Made by a program: the position numbers and the translations under genes. The notes beneath the pieces were generated by a model, which did no database searches, was not told the DNA's origin, and saw only the letters and a list, made by a program, of their open reading frames with translations. A stretch of 63,962 nt of DNA, counting the filler, from Welwitschia mirabilis (lineage: Eukaryota), in assembly GCA_051453625.1 (NCBI GenBank). It is 6 parts of one record of this genome, joined end to end, with 100 filler letters (N's around TTAATTAATTAA, not from the genome) between each part and the next. Parts side by side here need not be neighbours in the genome. Positions count along the whole stretch, not along the records: positions 20,980 to 30,817 come from JBOZIK010000001.1; positions 30,918 to 56,919 come from JBOZIK010000001.1; 4 more parts are not named here. One strand, written 5' to 3'. Position 1 is the first letter of the stretch; the number at the start of each line of letters is the position of its first letter. This document shows positions 27,710-41,332 of this stretch, piece by piece.

Positions 27710-28910
27710 GAGGGTTGTTATCCATAGATCTTTTGCCTTTCCCACTGCGTAACTTCCTTAGAAACATGGGGTTTCTGATTTTTGAGCTAGCTAATTTCTA
27801 GAGTATGCTTGTATCTTCTTGAATATGCTCAGAGCTTAGCATATTAAACAGATTTTGATTTGAATCAAGGGTTTAAAATTGAATGTCTTTTATCTTATTT
27901 TGGATGAAAGGATTTGAGATTTCCTGGGTGCTGGATGAAGCACTAATAGCTTATACTAATGAAAACAGTTTGTGTGTGCTTGAATTAGGGTTAATGAGCT
28001 AAATTGAATTTGAAGTTATAGGATTCAAGTCTCGAGGAGGATCAGTGGCCTATAGGTTGGCTTCCTATTGAGAAGCCCGTTGGCTACTTGGTGGAATTCA
28101 TCTTGGGAACTTGCATTGCTAGAAGCTTGCTACTCCTGCCATGGACTGGCTTTCAGATGAGGAAAGGTCTTTTCTTATACTAATCTAAATTATGCCCAAA
28201 GCATATACAATGGGAACATTTGACTAATATCCATTTATATTCAATTTTTTATTCCATAACCTCTTCTTTGGGTCCCTTGAAAGTGATGGACGAAGACAGT
28301 TCAAAATCAGGGAAGATTTCTATACAAACTCTTGCAAAGTTTAGTTGCACTTGATTTACTATGATGCCATTAGTGTAGATGGGCTTCTTAATAATACTTG
28401 CAATTTTGGATAATATTTGTGTAGACTAGAGATGCATGTTGAGGAAGGGGAGTTTTATCCATATTGGAATTTTAGAAATCCTATTTCTTTTAAGACTTCT
28501 CTTGGACATCTATGGATTAAGTGTCAATGGTCTATTATCAAATGGCTAGGGCCCCTTCTCCAATACATTCTACATTACTTTAAGGATTTGGAATTTGAAA
28601 ATGAAAATCCCTTTTTCAATTTGAGATACTGAAGCTAGTGGTTCGATACCCCATCAATTTCAAATGTAGTTCTAAACCTTAAAAAGATGTGGTTTTAGGC
28701 CATAAATAAATTCGATAAGTGAGTTTTTCATCTTGAGATCCTTGCATTTTACTCTTACTTGTCAATGTCTATTTTGGACATGGAAAGTTATTGAGGCAAG
28801 AACTCCAGCTTTAAACTTGAATCTGGGTTTTAGTTCCTTGCAACAATGTTTGCCCATGATTCTGTTTGCTTTAGAGAAAGAGAACCATTCTTGCCTATTT
28901 TCATTTATGT
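27710..28910 (-). pseudogene. LINE ORF1 (DUF4283 and zinc-knuckle type)
   Basis: SWANIV; IWIKLP...LSKIASI...FARVCIEI; KCSHCICFGH. Confidence 0.85.
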
Positions 28911-29009
28911 GAAAAAACCCTAATCTTGAAAAGGCATAGGAGTGACAGTGTAGCATAATGATGCAGGAGGCATTCATGCGCAATGGCAGCAGCTCACCAG
29001 TCTGTAGCA

Positions 29010-30817
29010 TTAAAAGTTAATAAAGGAATTTTTTGAGGGTATCCTATGATCAATAAGGCTTATAGGGTGTACAACAATAGAACCCATGTAGTTGAGGAAA
29101 CTATAAACATTAGAATAAGTGATATTAACTCAATTTTGTAAATGTATAAAATGATTATACTCCTGCATCAATTAATCTACCCTCTAGCCATTTATAGTTT
29201 CAATAAGATAGTGAGGAGAAAAACAAAGAAATAAAAAAGGAAAATCTTTCAACTATGATTAGACTAAAGAAGAGTTACTCTATTAGCAACATTATAGACA
29301 ATCCATATGGAGGTATTCAAACTAAAAGCAATACTAAAGAATTTTATGGTTATGCAGCATATACTTCACAGTTTGAATAAAAAATTTTCAAAGAATCTAA
29401 GAATGATGAACATTGGATATTTGTTATGTAAGAAGATCTTAACTAATTTGAGAGATGAAATGTTTGGAAACTCACTCTAGGACCATCTAATAAACCCGTT
29501 ATTAGCATTAAATGAGTTTACAAAAATAAGACAGATGAATAAGGTAGTGTAATCATAAACAAAGCAAGATTAGCGACCAAAGGATACAACTAATAAGAAG
29601 GAATTAAATCTAACTAAATCCTTGCTCTAGTAACAAGCATGGAATCAATAAGAATACTTCTAGCCTTTCCTTATATGAGGATTCAAACTTTACCAAATGA
29701 ATGTTAAGAGTGCATTTCTAAATGGAAATCTTTAAAAAGAAGTGCGATTAGATGGTTTTACAAACTCCCATAAATAAAATCATGTTTATAAATTAAATAA
29801 GGCTCTATATGGTCTCAAACAAGTACTTAAAGATTGATATGAGAAGCTATCATGTCATCTTATTAAAAACAGTTTTACAAGACATACATTAGATGTGACT
29901 TTATTCATTAGAAAAAAAATGATAAAGACTTTATTATTGTTTAAATTTATGTAGATGATACTATTTTTAGTATATTAACAAATCTTTATGCAAGACATTT
30001 GCTAAGATAATGCAAAATGAGTTTGAAATGAATCTTATGGAAGAGATAAGCAACTTCGTGGGACTACAAGTTGTGAAACATAAGTAAGACACTTTTATTT
30101 CACGAGCTAAATATATTAAAAATCTAGCTAAATATGGTTTATAGGATTACAAAGGTAAGAACACTCCTATGAATTAAAACACCAAATTCGATAAAGATTA
30201 AAATGGTAAGAAGATGGATCAAAAGCCATATATAGGTATGATTGGTAATCTATTTTATCCTATTACTAGTAGACCAGATATTATGTTAAGTATATGAATT
30301 TATGCATATTATCAAAGTGATCCTAGGGAATCACATCTCATAGCTGTTAAAAGAAATTCTTACTATTTGAAAGATATTACTAAGTGGGGCCTTTGGTACT
30401 CGAAGAACTTCTACCTTGATCTAATAGGGTATTGCAATGTAGAATATGTAGGATGTAAATATGTTAAAAGAAGCACAAGTGAAACATGATTTTTTTCTTG
30501 GATAATGCTTGATTTCTTAGAGTAGTGAAAAGTGGAACTCAATCACTTTATCAAATATTGAGGTCGAATACATTATTACTAGTTGTTGTGATCAATTACT
30601 ATTAATGAAGCAAACATTGAAAGATATTAAACTTTTCATGGATAGTATTCCTATTTATTGTAATAACAAGACCACCATCAATATATCAAAGAATCCTATG
30701 CAGTACTCAAGAACCAATCACACTGAGATTTAACATTACTTTCTCTAAGAACATGTTCAAAATAAAGATATTACAATGTAATATATCAGTATGGATGATT
30801 AACTTACTGATGTGCTC
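29010..30817 (+). pseudogene. SIRE integrase end, RT and RNase H (decayed)
   Basis: GIF.GY...KAYRVYN; NKARL; YQMNVKSAFLNG; KALYGLKQ; IYVDD; SRPDIM; KRSTS; SRTNH.EI. Confidence 0.92.
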
Positions 30818-30918
30818 NNNNNNNNNNNNNNNNNNNNNNNNNNNNNNNNNNNNNNNNNNNNTTAATTAATTAANNNNNNNNNNNNNNNNNNNNNNNNNNN
30901 NNNNNNNNNNNNNNNNNT

Positions 30919-31960
30919 GAGAATAGATTTGGACTTTATCTTGTATATGGATATTGTCACATTTTTTCTCAAGGGATAGACTTTAGATCATCCTTGTCTT
31001 ATCAGCTTAATTATTAATAGTTTAAAAGCTTCAGTTCCTCAAGTTAATTTTATTCATCAAAAGAAACTTTTAGCAAAATTCAGTGGGAAATGGATAGTGC
31101 CAGTTCCATGAGGTAAGGGAATAAGAAAAAGGCCTTTATAGTTTCAAATATCTTATTNNNNNNNNNNNNNNNNNNNNNNNNNNNNNNNNNNNNNNNNNNN
31201 NNNNNNNNNNNNNNNNNNNNNNNNNNNNNNNNNNNNNNNNNNNNNNNNNNNNNNNNNNNNNNNNNNNNNNNNNNNNNNNNNNNNNNNNNNNNNNNNNNNN
31301 NNNNNNNNNNNNNNNNNNNNNNNNNNNNNNNNNNNNNNNNNNNNNNNNNNNNNNNNNNNNNNNNNNNNNNNNNNNNNNNNNNNNNNNNNNNNNNNNNNNN
31401 NNNNNNNNNNNNNNNNNNNNNNNNNNNNNNNNNNNNNNNNNNNNNNNNNNNNNNNNNNNNNNNNNNNNNNNNNNNNNNNNNNNNNNNNNNNNNNNNNNNN
31501 NNNNNNNNNNNNNNNNNNNNNNNNNNNNNNNNNNNNNNNNNNNNNNNNNNNNNNNNNNNNNNNNNNNNNNNNNNNNNNNNNNNNNNNNNNNNNNNNNNNN
31601 NNNNNNNNNNNNNNNNNNNNNNNNNNNNNNNNNNNNNNNNNNNNNNNNNNNNNNNNNNNNNNNNNNNNNNNNNNNNNNNNNNNNNNNNNNNNNNNNNNNN
31701 NNNNNNNNNNNNNNNNNNNNNNNNNNNNNNNNNATACTATTGACTCTACTCTTAGTAATTAGACCCTTTTCTATGCTGTTCAAAAAGGAGGGAGGAGTTC
31801 AGGCAGATCAATGACAATCAGTTACTTTCACTTGGTCTCATTAAATTTTAGCATGAGGATTTCCTATTAGGCATTAAGTACTTGTCTTTGAGATGTTAGA
31901 TTGGATTCCTCAGTGATATCACTGAGCGTTGATGATTACTCAAACTATTTGATACACAGG
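30919..31960 (+). pseudogene. Possible SIRE env-like ORF remnant
   Basis: Lies between RNase H and PPT; HPCLISLII segment; extra PPT-like aaaaaggagggag at about 31782; mostly gap. Confidence 0.4.
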
Positions 31961-32366
31961 CTCTTATCTATTATTTTTAGCATTATTGTTTATTAGTACA
32001 ATTTGTTATTATCATTTCCTATTATCACATTATCATTTCTTAATATCATGTTTTGTTAGCATATTTCTAAAATATTATGCTTTGATTTTGTTATTGGCAC
32101 ATTTTCATTAGCATATCTTACTTAATCAGCTGCTAACATTTTTGAATGAAATTACCAAATGTTTTTTTGTGCCTTTTTTCACTTTACTCTACATGCTTAT
32201 TGAGATGGCCAATATCATGATTTATCAAATGTCTATATGCCTTTACCTATTATTAAAGTGTTAATATAAAATGTTTAAGTGCTTTTCTACCTTAAATATG
32301 AATATTTAATTTTATTTAATTAAATGAGATTAAACTAATGAGATTTTCCAAGTATTAGATATCATC

Positions 32367-32473
32367 AAAAAGGGGGAGATTGTTAGTAAATATGGTTTTG
32401 ATCATTTCACTTATCAAATATTTTATTTCATTATGTAGATAAGTCATTGCAAAGAACATCAGATCAATGATAA
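32367..32473 (+). mobile_element. PPT and truncated 3' LTR of the SIRE-like element
   Basis: aaaaagggggagat then TGTTAG at 32381; similarity to the 5' LTR stops after about 93 nt. Confidence 0.85.
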
Positions 32474-34560
32474 TCACATTATCTCAAGAAGAAATTAGAA
32501 GAATATTAAATTTACCAAGTAGAAGAAAATCCATAAAATAAACAAACATCTAGGACGATTCCAAATATAGCATTAACTTATGGAAAAGAGTATCTGTGAT
32601 AAGAAGGATTTTCATCAACAAAAGTACTAAATCTAAATTATTTCTCATTTCAAGAATTATAGCAAGTGATTTGGTACCTACTTAAATAAAAAAAAAGGGT
32701 TATAATTGCTAGGGATCTATATGCTTAAATCTATAGGACCCAACCAAGAAAAAGAATGTAAATATTACTAAGGGAATTTTTTAATGGTTCATAAGGCATA
32801 TTACTAAGATGAGAAAGGTAGGAGTTAGAGTAGTTGTAGGCTTAGGGTATCTCTTAATAATTATTAACATTTTAAGTTACAAAATAATAGACCCAAGCGT
32901 AGATAAGCACCATATTAAACTAATAGTTCAATATTTACTTGGGGTCAAAGAATTAAGAGTTGTTAAGATGAAACCAAGAGATCATGATGAACAAGAGGGA
33001 TTTAGTACTTCATCTAGTTCACCTAATCTAGAAACAATGCAACCTAGAGTAGAATAGCCTAGTATAATTCATTCCACTATAAAATAGCCCTTAAGAACAT
33101 GCACTTTAATAAAATCATTCTCTAAAGCATTGGAGGAGGATAAAATTGATAGCCCTTACAAGGCCATAAATTCATTCAAAGAAGAAATGTAGATTTCCAT
33201 GGGATAGTGGGGGGAATCCTCAATTTTACAAAATCAAAATTCATATTTATATATAGAAAATAAATTTTTAAGAAAAAAAATTAGATTGAGAAAGGGAAAG
33301 GAATATGAAGATGCAGTGGGAGATTGAGAGAATAACAATGGAAATTCACTCATCTCAAATCTATAAAGGAGTGATAGAAAAACTACAAGAAGCATACTAG
33401 TAAATAGTGGAATTAGAAACAATTATGGGAGAAAAGAGTGATCCTGATAGCAAGTTCAAAGGTAAACTAGAATTATTGGTCTCACTACTATAAAGCTTGA
33501 TAACTTCCAAGAAGAATGGTGCAAATTATATTGAGCATCAATAAAAGTTTATCACATTCATGCATAGTGAAGGAACCCCACCCTTGAATAGACAATATCC
33601 AGATAAAATTTATGCTGACCTATAAGGGATGAATAAAAAATACATGAAAATATAAGCAGAGGCTGATAATTGTAAGTAGAAGTGAAAGGAATTAGTGGCT
33701 TTTAATGATACTTATCAAACTGTCTTAGAAGAAAACAAGGAGCTAATCCAATAGCTTACAAGTAAAAATAAGAATTAAAGGCTAGAATTGATAGCATTTA
33801 GATGTTATATTTTGATCAATCTTTGAGTCCTATTTTGTCAGATATAAAAGGGGACCTTGAAAATTTTATGAAAACAGTTAAGGAAGAGCTGAGTGAAAAT
33901 CCTTTTAAACATGATATTTTTAAATTAATCCTTAATAATTTTTTCACACAAGTTGAGGAAAAGTTAGAATAGCATCACAACAGGAAAGATCAACAATTAA
34001 GAATAGTGGTGAAGCAATCATTTTCTAATATTAAGGATTATATTAAATTGACCTGTTTAGAATCAATTCAAACCACTATTTGGAATTTAGAAAAGGAAAA
34101 TATGTGATTATTACATAAAAATCGCATGATGGAAGCTAGATTGAAAAAAGAGTAGGGTTTAGAGATAAAGAATTAATCATTCCCTAAGGTTTAGAATACT
34201 ATTCACAAAAATTTTATGAGCTTATTGATAGATTTCAAGAAGAACTGCACAATGTAATACAAAAGATTCAAGGGATCAGTAAAACATTAGTCGAATTTTT
34301 AAAGCTTATGTTGGAAAATTACGTAAATTGAAAAATGACTTTAATAAAGATAGAAAAGGGTTGTATGTTAAAGAATTTAAAAATTCATGGATGTCACAAC
34401 TACTCAATTTAATAAAACAATGGGGTGTGTAATGGATCTTAATACATTTGGAATAAATCCTCAAAATTTGTATTAGCTTTGCATATTCCATGAAAGGATA
34501 ATAAACAATATGAATATGATAAGTGATTACTATCAATTTTATTATCTTTATAGACACAAG
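32473..34560 (+). pseudogene. Decayed env-like/PMD-like ORF with E/K-rich coiled-coil C-terminus
   Basis: ITLSQEEIRRILNLP; IYMLKSIG..NVNITKGIF; VGLGYLLIII; later YQTVLEENKELIQ*LTSKNK heptad-like sequence; many TAA/TAG stops. Confidence 0.55.
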
Positions 34561-37500
34561 GTTCTTCTATATAAAAAATTCTAGAATCTAAAAGAAAAGG
34601 ATATTTTTTCATGTAAATTCTTTTGTATTTTATTCTACTTTATCCCTTATAATGCTAGGTTTTTTTTTCAACTTTAGTTGACTTTTTGTATTTCAAAAAC
34701 AAAAGTATTATAAATCAAATCAACTTTAGGTATTTTCTACCTACCTACTTATATCGATTTTCGATACAGGTACCTTTTTGTTAAATGTCATTTGAGATTT
34801 TCTTAGGAGTATAACGTGGGTTACTTTATCCAAATCTTTCAAAAATTTGAAATATATGATCCACAGGTATACTGTAGTATTCTAGATTTTGATGTAATGA
34901 TTTGAATTTATTTTATAAGGAGAAGGTTGAAGCCCTAGAAACTATACTTACAGATCTTATAATCTTCTTAAATATTTTTTTTCAGGAATTGTCTATGAAA
35001 TATAAGATTCGTTACCACTATTGAACCTTTGTAATTCAAATATTACATTTCAATTTTCATTAGTAAAATAGCTTAAATAACTAATAATGATCATATATAA
35101 AGTGTTTTGTTTGATGTTAAGGAAATCTGACAATACCTTATTTCTTAATGGTCTTTTTTATTAAAAAAAGGTTAAATTAAATCTTTATTTAAAAATGACT
35201 TGTTAGATAAGAAAAATGTTTGGATTTGGAATTTATTCATACTTTTCAAGATGGTATTACTTATTTACTTCTTATATATTAATGTGCATTATATAGAATT
35301 TAATAGAAATAGAAGCTTATATAAAAAATGATAATATTTTATGAAAGAATTCATGAAACCTAAGCCTTAGGATTTTCAATATTTATCCTTGTTTTTTTAA
35401 CTAGTAACTTGGTGGCATTCAGGAGCCCTACGTGCCTCACAAATGATTAGGGAAAAAAGCAAAATTCAAGTTCACATAAGGGAAATTAGAAACTTGTGTT
35501 TGACTCTAAAAGAAGCCAATTATATAGTTCTTCTAATTTGGAAATATCGTGAAGTCATATTCGAATATGGAAGAAGCCAAATTTGAGTTTTTCCTATGTG
35601 GATTTATTTTTTTAGGGTTTCTATAATTCCAAAATATCAGGATTAGTAGAGTCTCTATAATATCAATGTCTTCATCTCCCTCAAGTGCATAGGCACTGAC
35701 CTTGCTAATGTCTCCTCCATAGCTGATTAATGATAAGTAGCCACTACTATCTTCTCCATTGAACAAGATAACTCCCTCATTGTCTTTGCCTTCTTCATGT
35801 CTTTCCTTACCTTCTCCTGCACTTGCTAAGTATCATATGCCTGCGTAATCACCTCATTTACCATCTTTTTTACCAATCCCTTTAGTGCTATCTCTAAAAA
35901 AACTTGAAACCCTAGAACTTTACTTGAATTATGAAACATCAAAAAGCATCTTCTGTGTGCATTTCTTCAATTTACATAGGTTGAGCAAAGGAAAGAAAAA
36001 TATGTTTAGAAGAGATCAATGGAGACGCCACCTTTGAAATCACTACCAAAGATGAAAGAAACAAGATTTTTAATCTAAAATTACATAAATGGACCTTGCA
36101 AAAGGTCTTAGATCTAGATGAAACTTAGTAAAGTTAGCTTCTATGTCAGAAGGAGGTTATGAAGAATAAGAAGAATCATGTAAATTTTGGGTGTAATATT
36201 ATAAGTGCCTTGGTGTGTAAATGGGTTTTTTCTATGATTTTGTTTTGTAGTGCAATTGTTGTGGTGATTGCTCTGATCTTAGTTCATAGTTGTAATATGA
36301 TTTTTATTAACTAGATTGCAAAGAGGCACTCACCCCTAAGAATAGAGAGGATAACAATATTGAAAAAGAGTAGATGTGCTTAAAAAAACAATGCTAAAAA
36401 AACAAAAAAAGGTGAAAACAAGGATGAAGAAGGAGGTCCAAAAAAAAGAGAGATCACATGATCACATAAGAAGAAGTTATTAGAACTAACAAAGGAAAAC
36501 TAGTGCACTAGGAAGAATGTGGATAAGGGTTGCATCATAGAGAAAATCTAGCAGTAAGAATATGTGGATAGAGAATGACCAACAAATCAAAAAATAGGAG
36601 GTGTCATAGTGACTAAGGCAAATTAACAGAGTGTTAACTAAAGCATCCATAGGATAGCATGTGAGGGTGGATCAAAAAAGGGATCACTTACTAAGAGATA
36701 AAAACACAAGAGAAAAAGAGGAGCTCTTTGAGATGTAAGAGAGAAGGGATACAACCAGTAGTAAGAGAAGAAAAAAAGCAATAAAGAAGACACTGTAAAG
36801 TAAAGAAGTGGTGGAAAAAGATCTAGAATAAGATTGATCGCAACAAGGTTGTAAAAATTACCAACTCCAATAAAGAGTCGCTAATTTTGGTTTAGATATT
36901 CGACATCTTCATTACTCTTTTAATTGCATGAATCACACACTTCCTTGTCATTTAATTAAATCACTATCATGACATGCAAGGGATTCAAATTCTAAGAATG
37001 ATTTCTTCTAAAACTCTATCATCACATTATTAATGGTGTAAAAGCCTTCATCAAGTCCTCAGAACATCTAATTTAGTTATTATATTATTATATCATTCTC
37101 ATAAACATGACACAAATACATACATTAAATGTCAATCTATTTGGGAATATTTCATTTGGTTGAATTAATGTTTTCCTAAAAGGAATTGAATGAAGTATGT
37201 TATACATGTCTACTTGCAAATTCATGTATTAAAGTGATCAGACTGTATTAAATAATTCTTAGCCTATATTCCTGTGCTGCCTGCTTCTACAATTACAATT
37301 TCAAGACGTCATCCAAATTCATAATATTTTTAATCTTAGATATTATTTTGCCATTAAATATTTGAGTTTAAGTCTATGTAATTTTTGCCTTTTTTCAAAA
37401 AATAAAAAAATAATAATAATAGTATAGTAATAATAACAATAATAAACAGATAAAATCTTAAAAGTGTATTTCATTTATCTAGAATATTTTTTCTTTTTTA

Positions 37501-37867
37501 AAAAAATTATTAAAAAAGAAAAAAATTGCATTTTAGTTTAAGATTATTCTAGAATAATCTTTGCATAAATCTTCTATGAAATGGGAATTTCATTGAAATT
37601 ACTTTCTAAATTTTATGTTAAATGAGCTTTCGATTAGAACAACTAAATGTTAAATTCCATTTTGGAAATTTAATCAAAGTTCTTGTCCATTAAATGCAGT
37701 TATTACATCAATGAAATTCATGGATACAATCTTATATGTTGGGACTTTAAACTCTTACCTTTGAAATACCATCTTACCTTAGGTGAAGGGAAAATTCCTC
37801 CTTTACAATATATATATATTTTAAAAAAAAGGAAATCATTTCATAATAGTTAGGTTCTAGAAGGAGG

Positions 37868-38200
37868 ACATCAAACTTAGTGAAACATAGTTAACAACAA
37901 ATTATCAAACTTGGTCAAATCATCAAATCTAGTGAAATCAAGTCAATCAGACTTCATTCAACTAAGTTGAATCTGGTAAATTCCATCAAACTAAAACAAT
38001 CAAACTTCGTTAAGCTTAGGGAAAAAAAACTTAGCCAAATATAGTTAAACTATTAAATTCACTTAAACCAAAATTTTCAAACTTAGTTAAACCATCAAAC
38101 TCCATTAAAGTAACATCAAAATTAGTTCGACTTAGTCAAACTTTGTTAAATAGTTAAAATTAATCAAATTTAGTTAAATCCCACTATTAAAACATCATCA
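37868..38200. repeat. Degenerate short tandem repeats (catcaaacttagtcaaa-like) in the putative 5' LTR
   Basis: More than 10 variants of atcaaac/aaacttagt just upstream of the PBS. Confidence 0.7.
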
Positions 38201-38278
38201 AACAAAACCAAATCATTTATTATTACATGACATTTTAATTAATACTTGGTTCACAAAAGAAAAATCTTGTAAATAGTT

Positions 38279-38299
38279 TGGTGCTAGAGGAAAGGAGGG
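38279..38299 (+). promoter_or_regulatory. Primer-binding site, tRNA-Asn-like
   Basis: tggtgctag[agga]aaggaggg versus TGGCGCTAGAAGGAGGG (complement of the plant tRNA-Asn 3' end, recalled); follows gtaaata, a likely decayed LTR end. Confidence 0.6.
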
Positions 38300-38547
38300 T
38301 TGTTCTTATGGGTTTATCAATCATTCATTTGATCTTTTCCATTTACATTATCTATTGTCTTATCATAAACTCAGAATAGTCAAAACGCTAGTATCAATAA
38401 GAGGAAAAAGCCCTACATTTCTAAGGAGATGTAGAGACTTCTCATCTAATAAGATTCTCTACCCTTACATAAAAGAACTTTGCAGTATTGTGGACTACAG
38501 AATCTATTACAACCCAGACTTATCACTCTTAGTGAGTGAATTCATGA

Positions 38548-41030
38548 TATGACATCTAACAGGTTAGGGTCGACCAGTCAAGAGAAGAGTCAGACCTGTG
38601 AGAATGGACTTCTTCATGAAAGGAGTAATAATGATAAGTTTATTAGTGAATGGGATCATGAAAGAAATCTAGAAACCTAGCTAGAATTGCAAGCATAAGG
38701 CCCAAAGAAAGGGGCTAAAGATAATAGATTATTCATGTAATCCACACATGGAGAAGAACCACTAGAAAATAGACAAGCTGAAAATAGAACTTTCAACCAA
38801 CCTAATTTGACCATTATCTAGAAAGCTATTAATGACATAAAACTAGGCCTTTAGAACAAGAAAAGCTATTTAGAATCTAATTTCAATAATAACCCTATAA
38901 ACCCCTCTATCCCTTGTAAAATGCTCACACCAAATGAAATGCCAGATTTTTAAAGTTCATTAATATAAAAGGCCCTATCATGCATGTTAGAAATTTTAAA
39001 CACACATGCCATATGTACAATGTTGACCACAACACTCCATGTCATCTATTCTGTCACTCTCTAAAGAGAAAATCTCTTAAGTGGTATCACTGCATACCTA
39101 GTCATTCTTTTATAGGTTTGAAATAACTCCTTGAAATGTTTATCCAACATTATTCAATCAACATCTCAAAGAGAATGATCTTAGACATCTTTACCAACAT
39201 GCAATTACAGTTTAATGAAGTTTTACAAGAATACACACATCAATAAAGAGTCATTGCACTATAGTAGGAGACTTCCATCGTGGACTTAGACATGACATAT
39301 TTCTTTATCAAGTCATACATGTCATATGTATTTAAACATGTGAGAATGTAATGCTTTAAGAACTTTGAACAAGCTGTTATCTTAACTAAGATGATAGAAG
39401 TTCCAGGAGAAGAAAAAGGATCCATAAAATATGGAAACTAGTCCTAAAGGAAACTATTCAAAAAGCACAAAAACATTAGAGGTAGTACCCCAAAGATTTT
39501 TACTATTGTTAATCAACCAATTCAACTAACTTATCCATCCCAATTGATGGATAACCTAGTAATGATTCCAATGACATCTCAAGTTCCTTTTACTTCATAA
39601 GTTTTCACTACTCAACTAGCTTATTGTCAACTATACTAGCCTTCATCATGATAAGTGCAATGTCCATTGCCACTACAACCTTAACAACAACATTCATGCA
39701 TCAAAGTTAATGCCAAAATAAGCCTCAAAATCAAAGTTTAATTCTTCAACTTAGAATAAGCTTCACAAAGTTAAATATCCTAATGGGATAAATCCTCTTG
39801 ATGTTACTGAAAAATGGGATAATTCAATTACCTCCAATCAGATAAAGGGATCCAAATGCACTCAAACCAAGAGGGTATGATGAGTCAAAGTATTATGAAT
39901 ACCATCGAGTCTAAGGAAATCATATTAAAAACTATTTCAACCTAAGGAACATTATTCAAGATATCATCAAAAATAAAAAGAATATAAAATTTGACATAAT
40001 CCTAGTAGCCGCAAATTAATAGCTTAAGATCCACAAGGACCCCTTTCCTTCTCGATTCTCTACATCACAACTACCATAGCATGTGGTATTTGAAAACAAC
40101 AATGATCTCTTTGCAATATTAGTGATCCAAGATCAATATAAGAAGTCATTAGAATAAATGATTTAGAAGAATAAAAAAAAAAAAAGAAGTAATGGTTTGA
40201 GTGAATTACTCTAGAACTTGTCCTACTCCTCGATCACATGCATCAATGCAGCCGCTCGCCTCTAAAGTAGATGAGGCATATCATAATATTACCTCCTTAA
40301 TTGAGAGCTCTAAGCCTTATAGACTCACATTTAAAATGATATGGAAGGAGCATTTCAGCTTGAAATCATATCTTGATTAAAGTCAATCATCCAAAGAGGA
40401 AGTAACCTCAAAGAAGGTACATGTCCAAAAGAGTAAAGAAGATGAGGAAGTAATACAAACATAATGAGAGCTCTATGACTCCAAGAAAATGATCGTAAGT
40501 GAGCCAAATTACATATTGGTAAACATTTGATCTNNNNNNNNNNAAGTAAGTAGAGATTTTATGATTATGGGCTGAATTAAATGTAATAAATTTATGATGC
40601 CTTAAGAAGCTCAAAATGAAGCACTCTTAAATTCAAGGAAAGATTTAACAATCAAAGGATTTAATGATCACAGAGACAAATCAAGAGGAATAATTACTTC
40701 ACCCATCAAAGTGGCTCAAAAGATTAAGGATAATAAATTTCATGTAATTAACAATACAACAACATTTAATTTATTATTAAGGCATTCCTAGATAATGGAC
40801 ATGAGGATAATTATATCTTTACTCCATCAAAATTTAAATTTTATTGGGTGTAAAATTTTAGTAAATGTGAAAGATCCATCCATGTTATCTTCTCCACTAC
40901 CATATCATACATCTAAGAAGATGAATATCCTTTTTTTATGGCTCAAACATGATTTGGTAGACCCTCATAAGGTGAAGGTTTCAATGGTTTCTAAACTTAG
41001 ATCTTAGATATGGGGTGGATTCCATTCCAC
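38548..41030 (+). pseudogene. Tat gag and protease (decayed)
   Basis: MPDF..HVRNF..LFCHSL..LKWY; YDESKY.EYH..H...F.LRNIIQDII; D..AELNV; FHVI..TTFNLLL.H.*I. Confidence 0.8.
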
Positions 41031-41332
41031 CTAGATGACTTTCCAATAGAAAATTCAAAAAAAACTTTATTTAAAATAAAACAAACACAAAAAAATAAAA
41101 ACATGAAAACATACAAAAAAATTATACATATTGTATATTTAAAAAAAAGTAAAAATAAAATAAAATAAAATAAAAGTGTGGTAGTGTACTTGCCTAGCTA
41201 AAATGTAAAGGATAAGATCTTTGATGGTTGAAGTACCTCACATAAAATGAGTTCATGCAGCCAAGTAAAAGTCTGGGTGACTGAGTAAAAGCCTTAGCGT
41301 ATTATAGTACTTATGAACACTCTCAAAGCATA

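Larger units (their letters stand above)
22998..29009 (-). mobile_element. L1-type LINE, near full length, decayed
   Basis: 9-bp TSD ttaaaagtt (22989-22997 and 29010-29018); short poly(A) at the left end; ORF1 and ORF2 motifs. Confidence 0.9.
3434..32473 (+). mobile_element. SIRE-like Ty1/Copia LTR retrotransposon (decayed, with three nested insertions)
   Basis: Matching LTR starts TGTTAGTAAAT at 3434 and 32381; PBS remnant at 4893; gag-PR-INT-RT-RH order; AAAAAGGGGGAGAT PPT. Confidence 0.85.
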
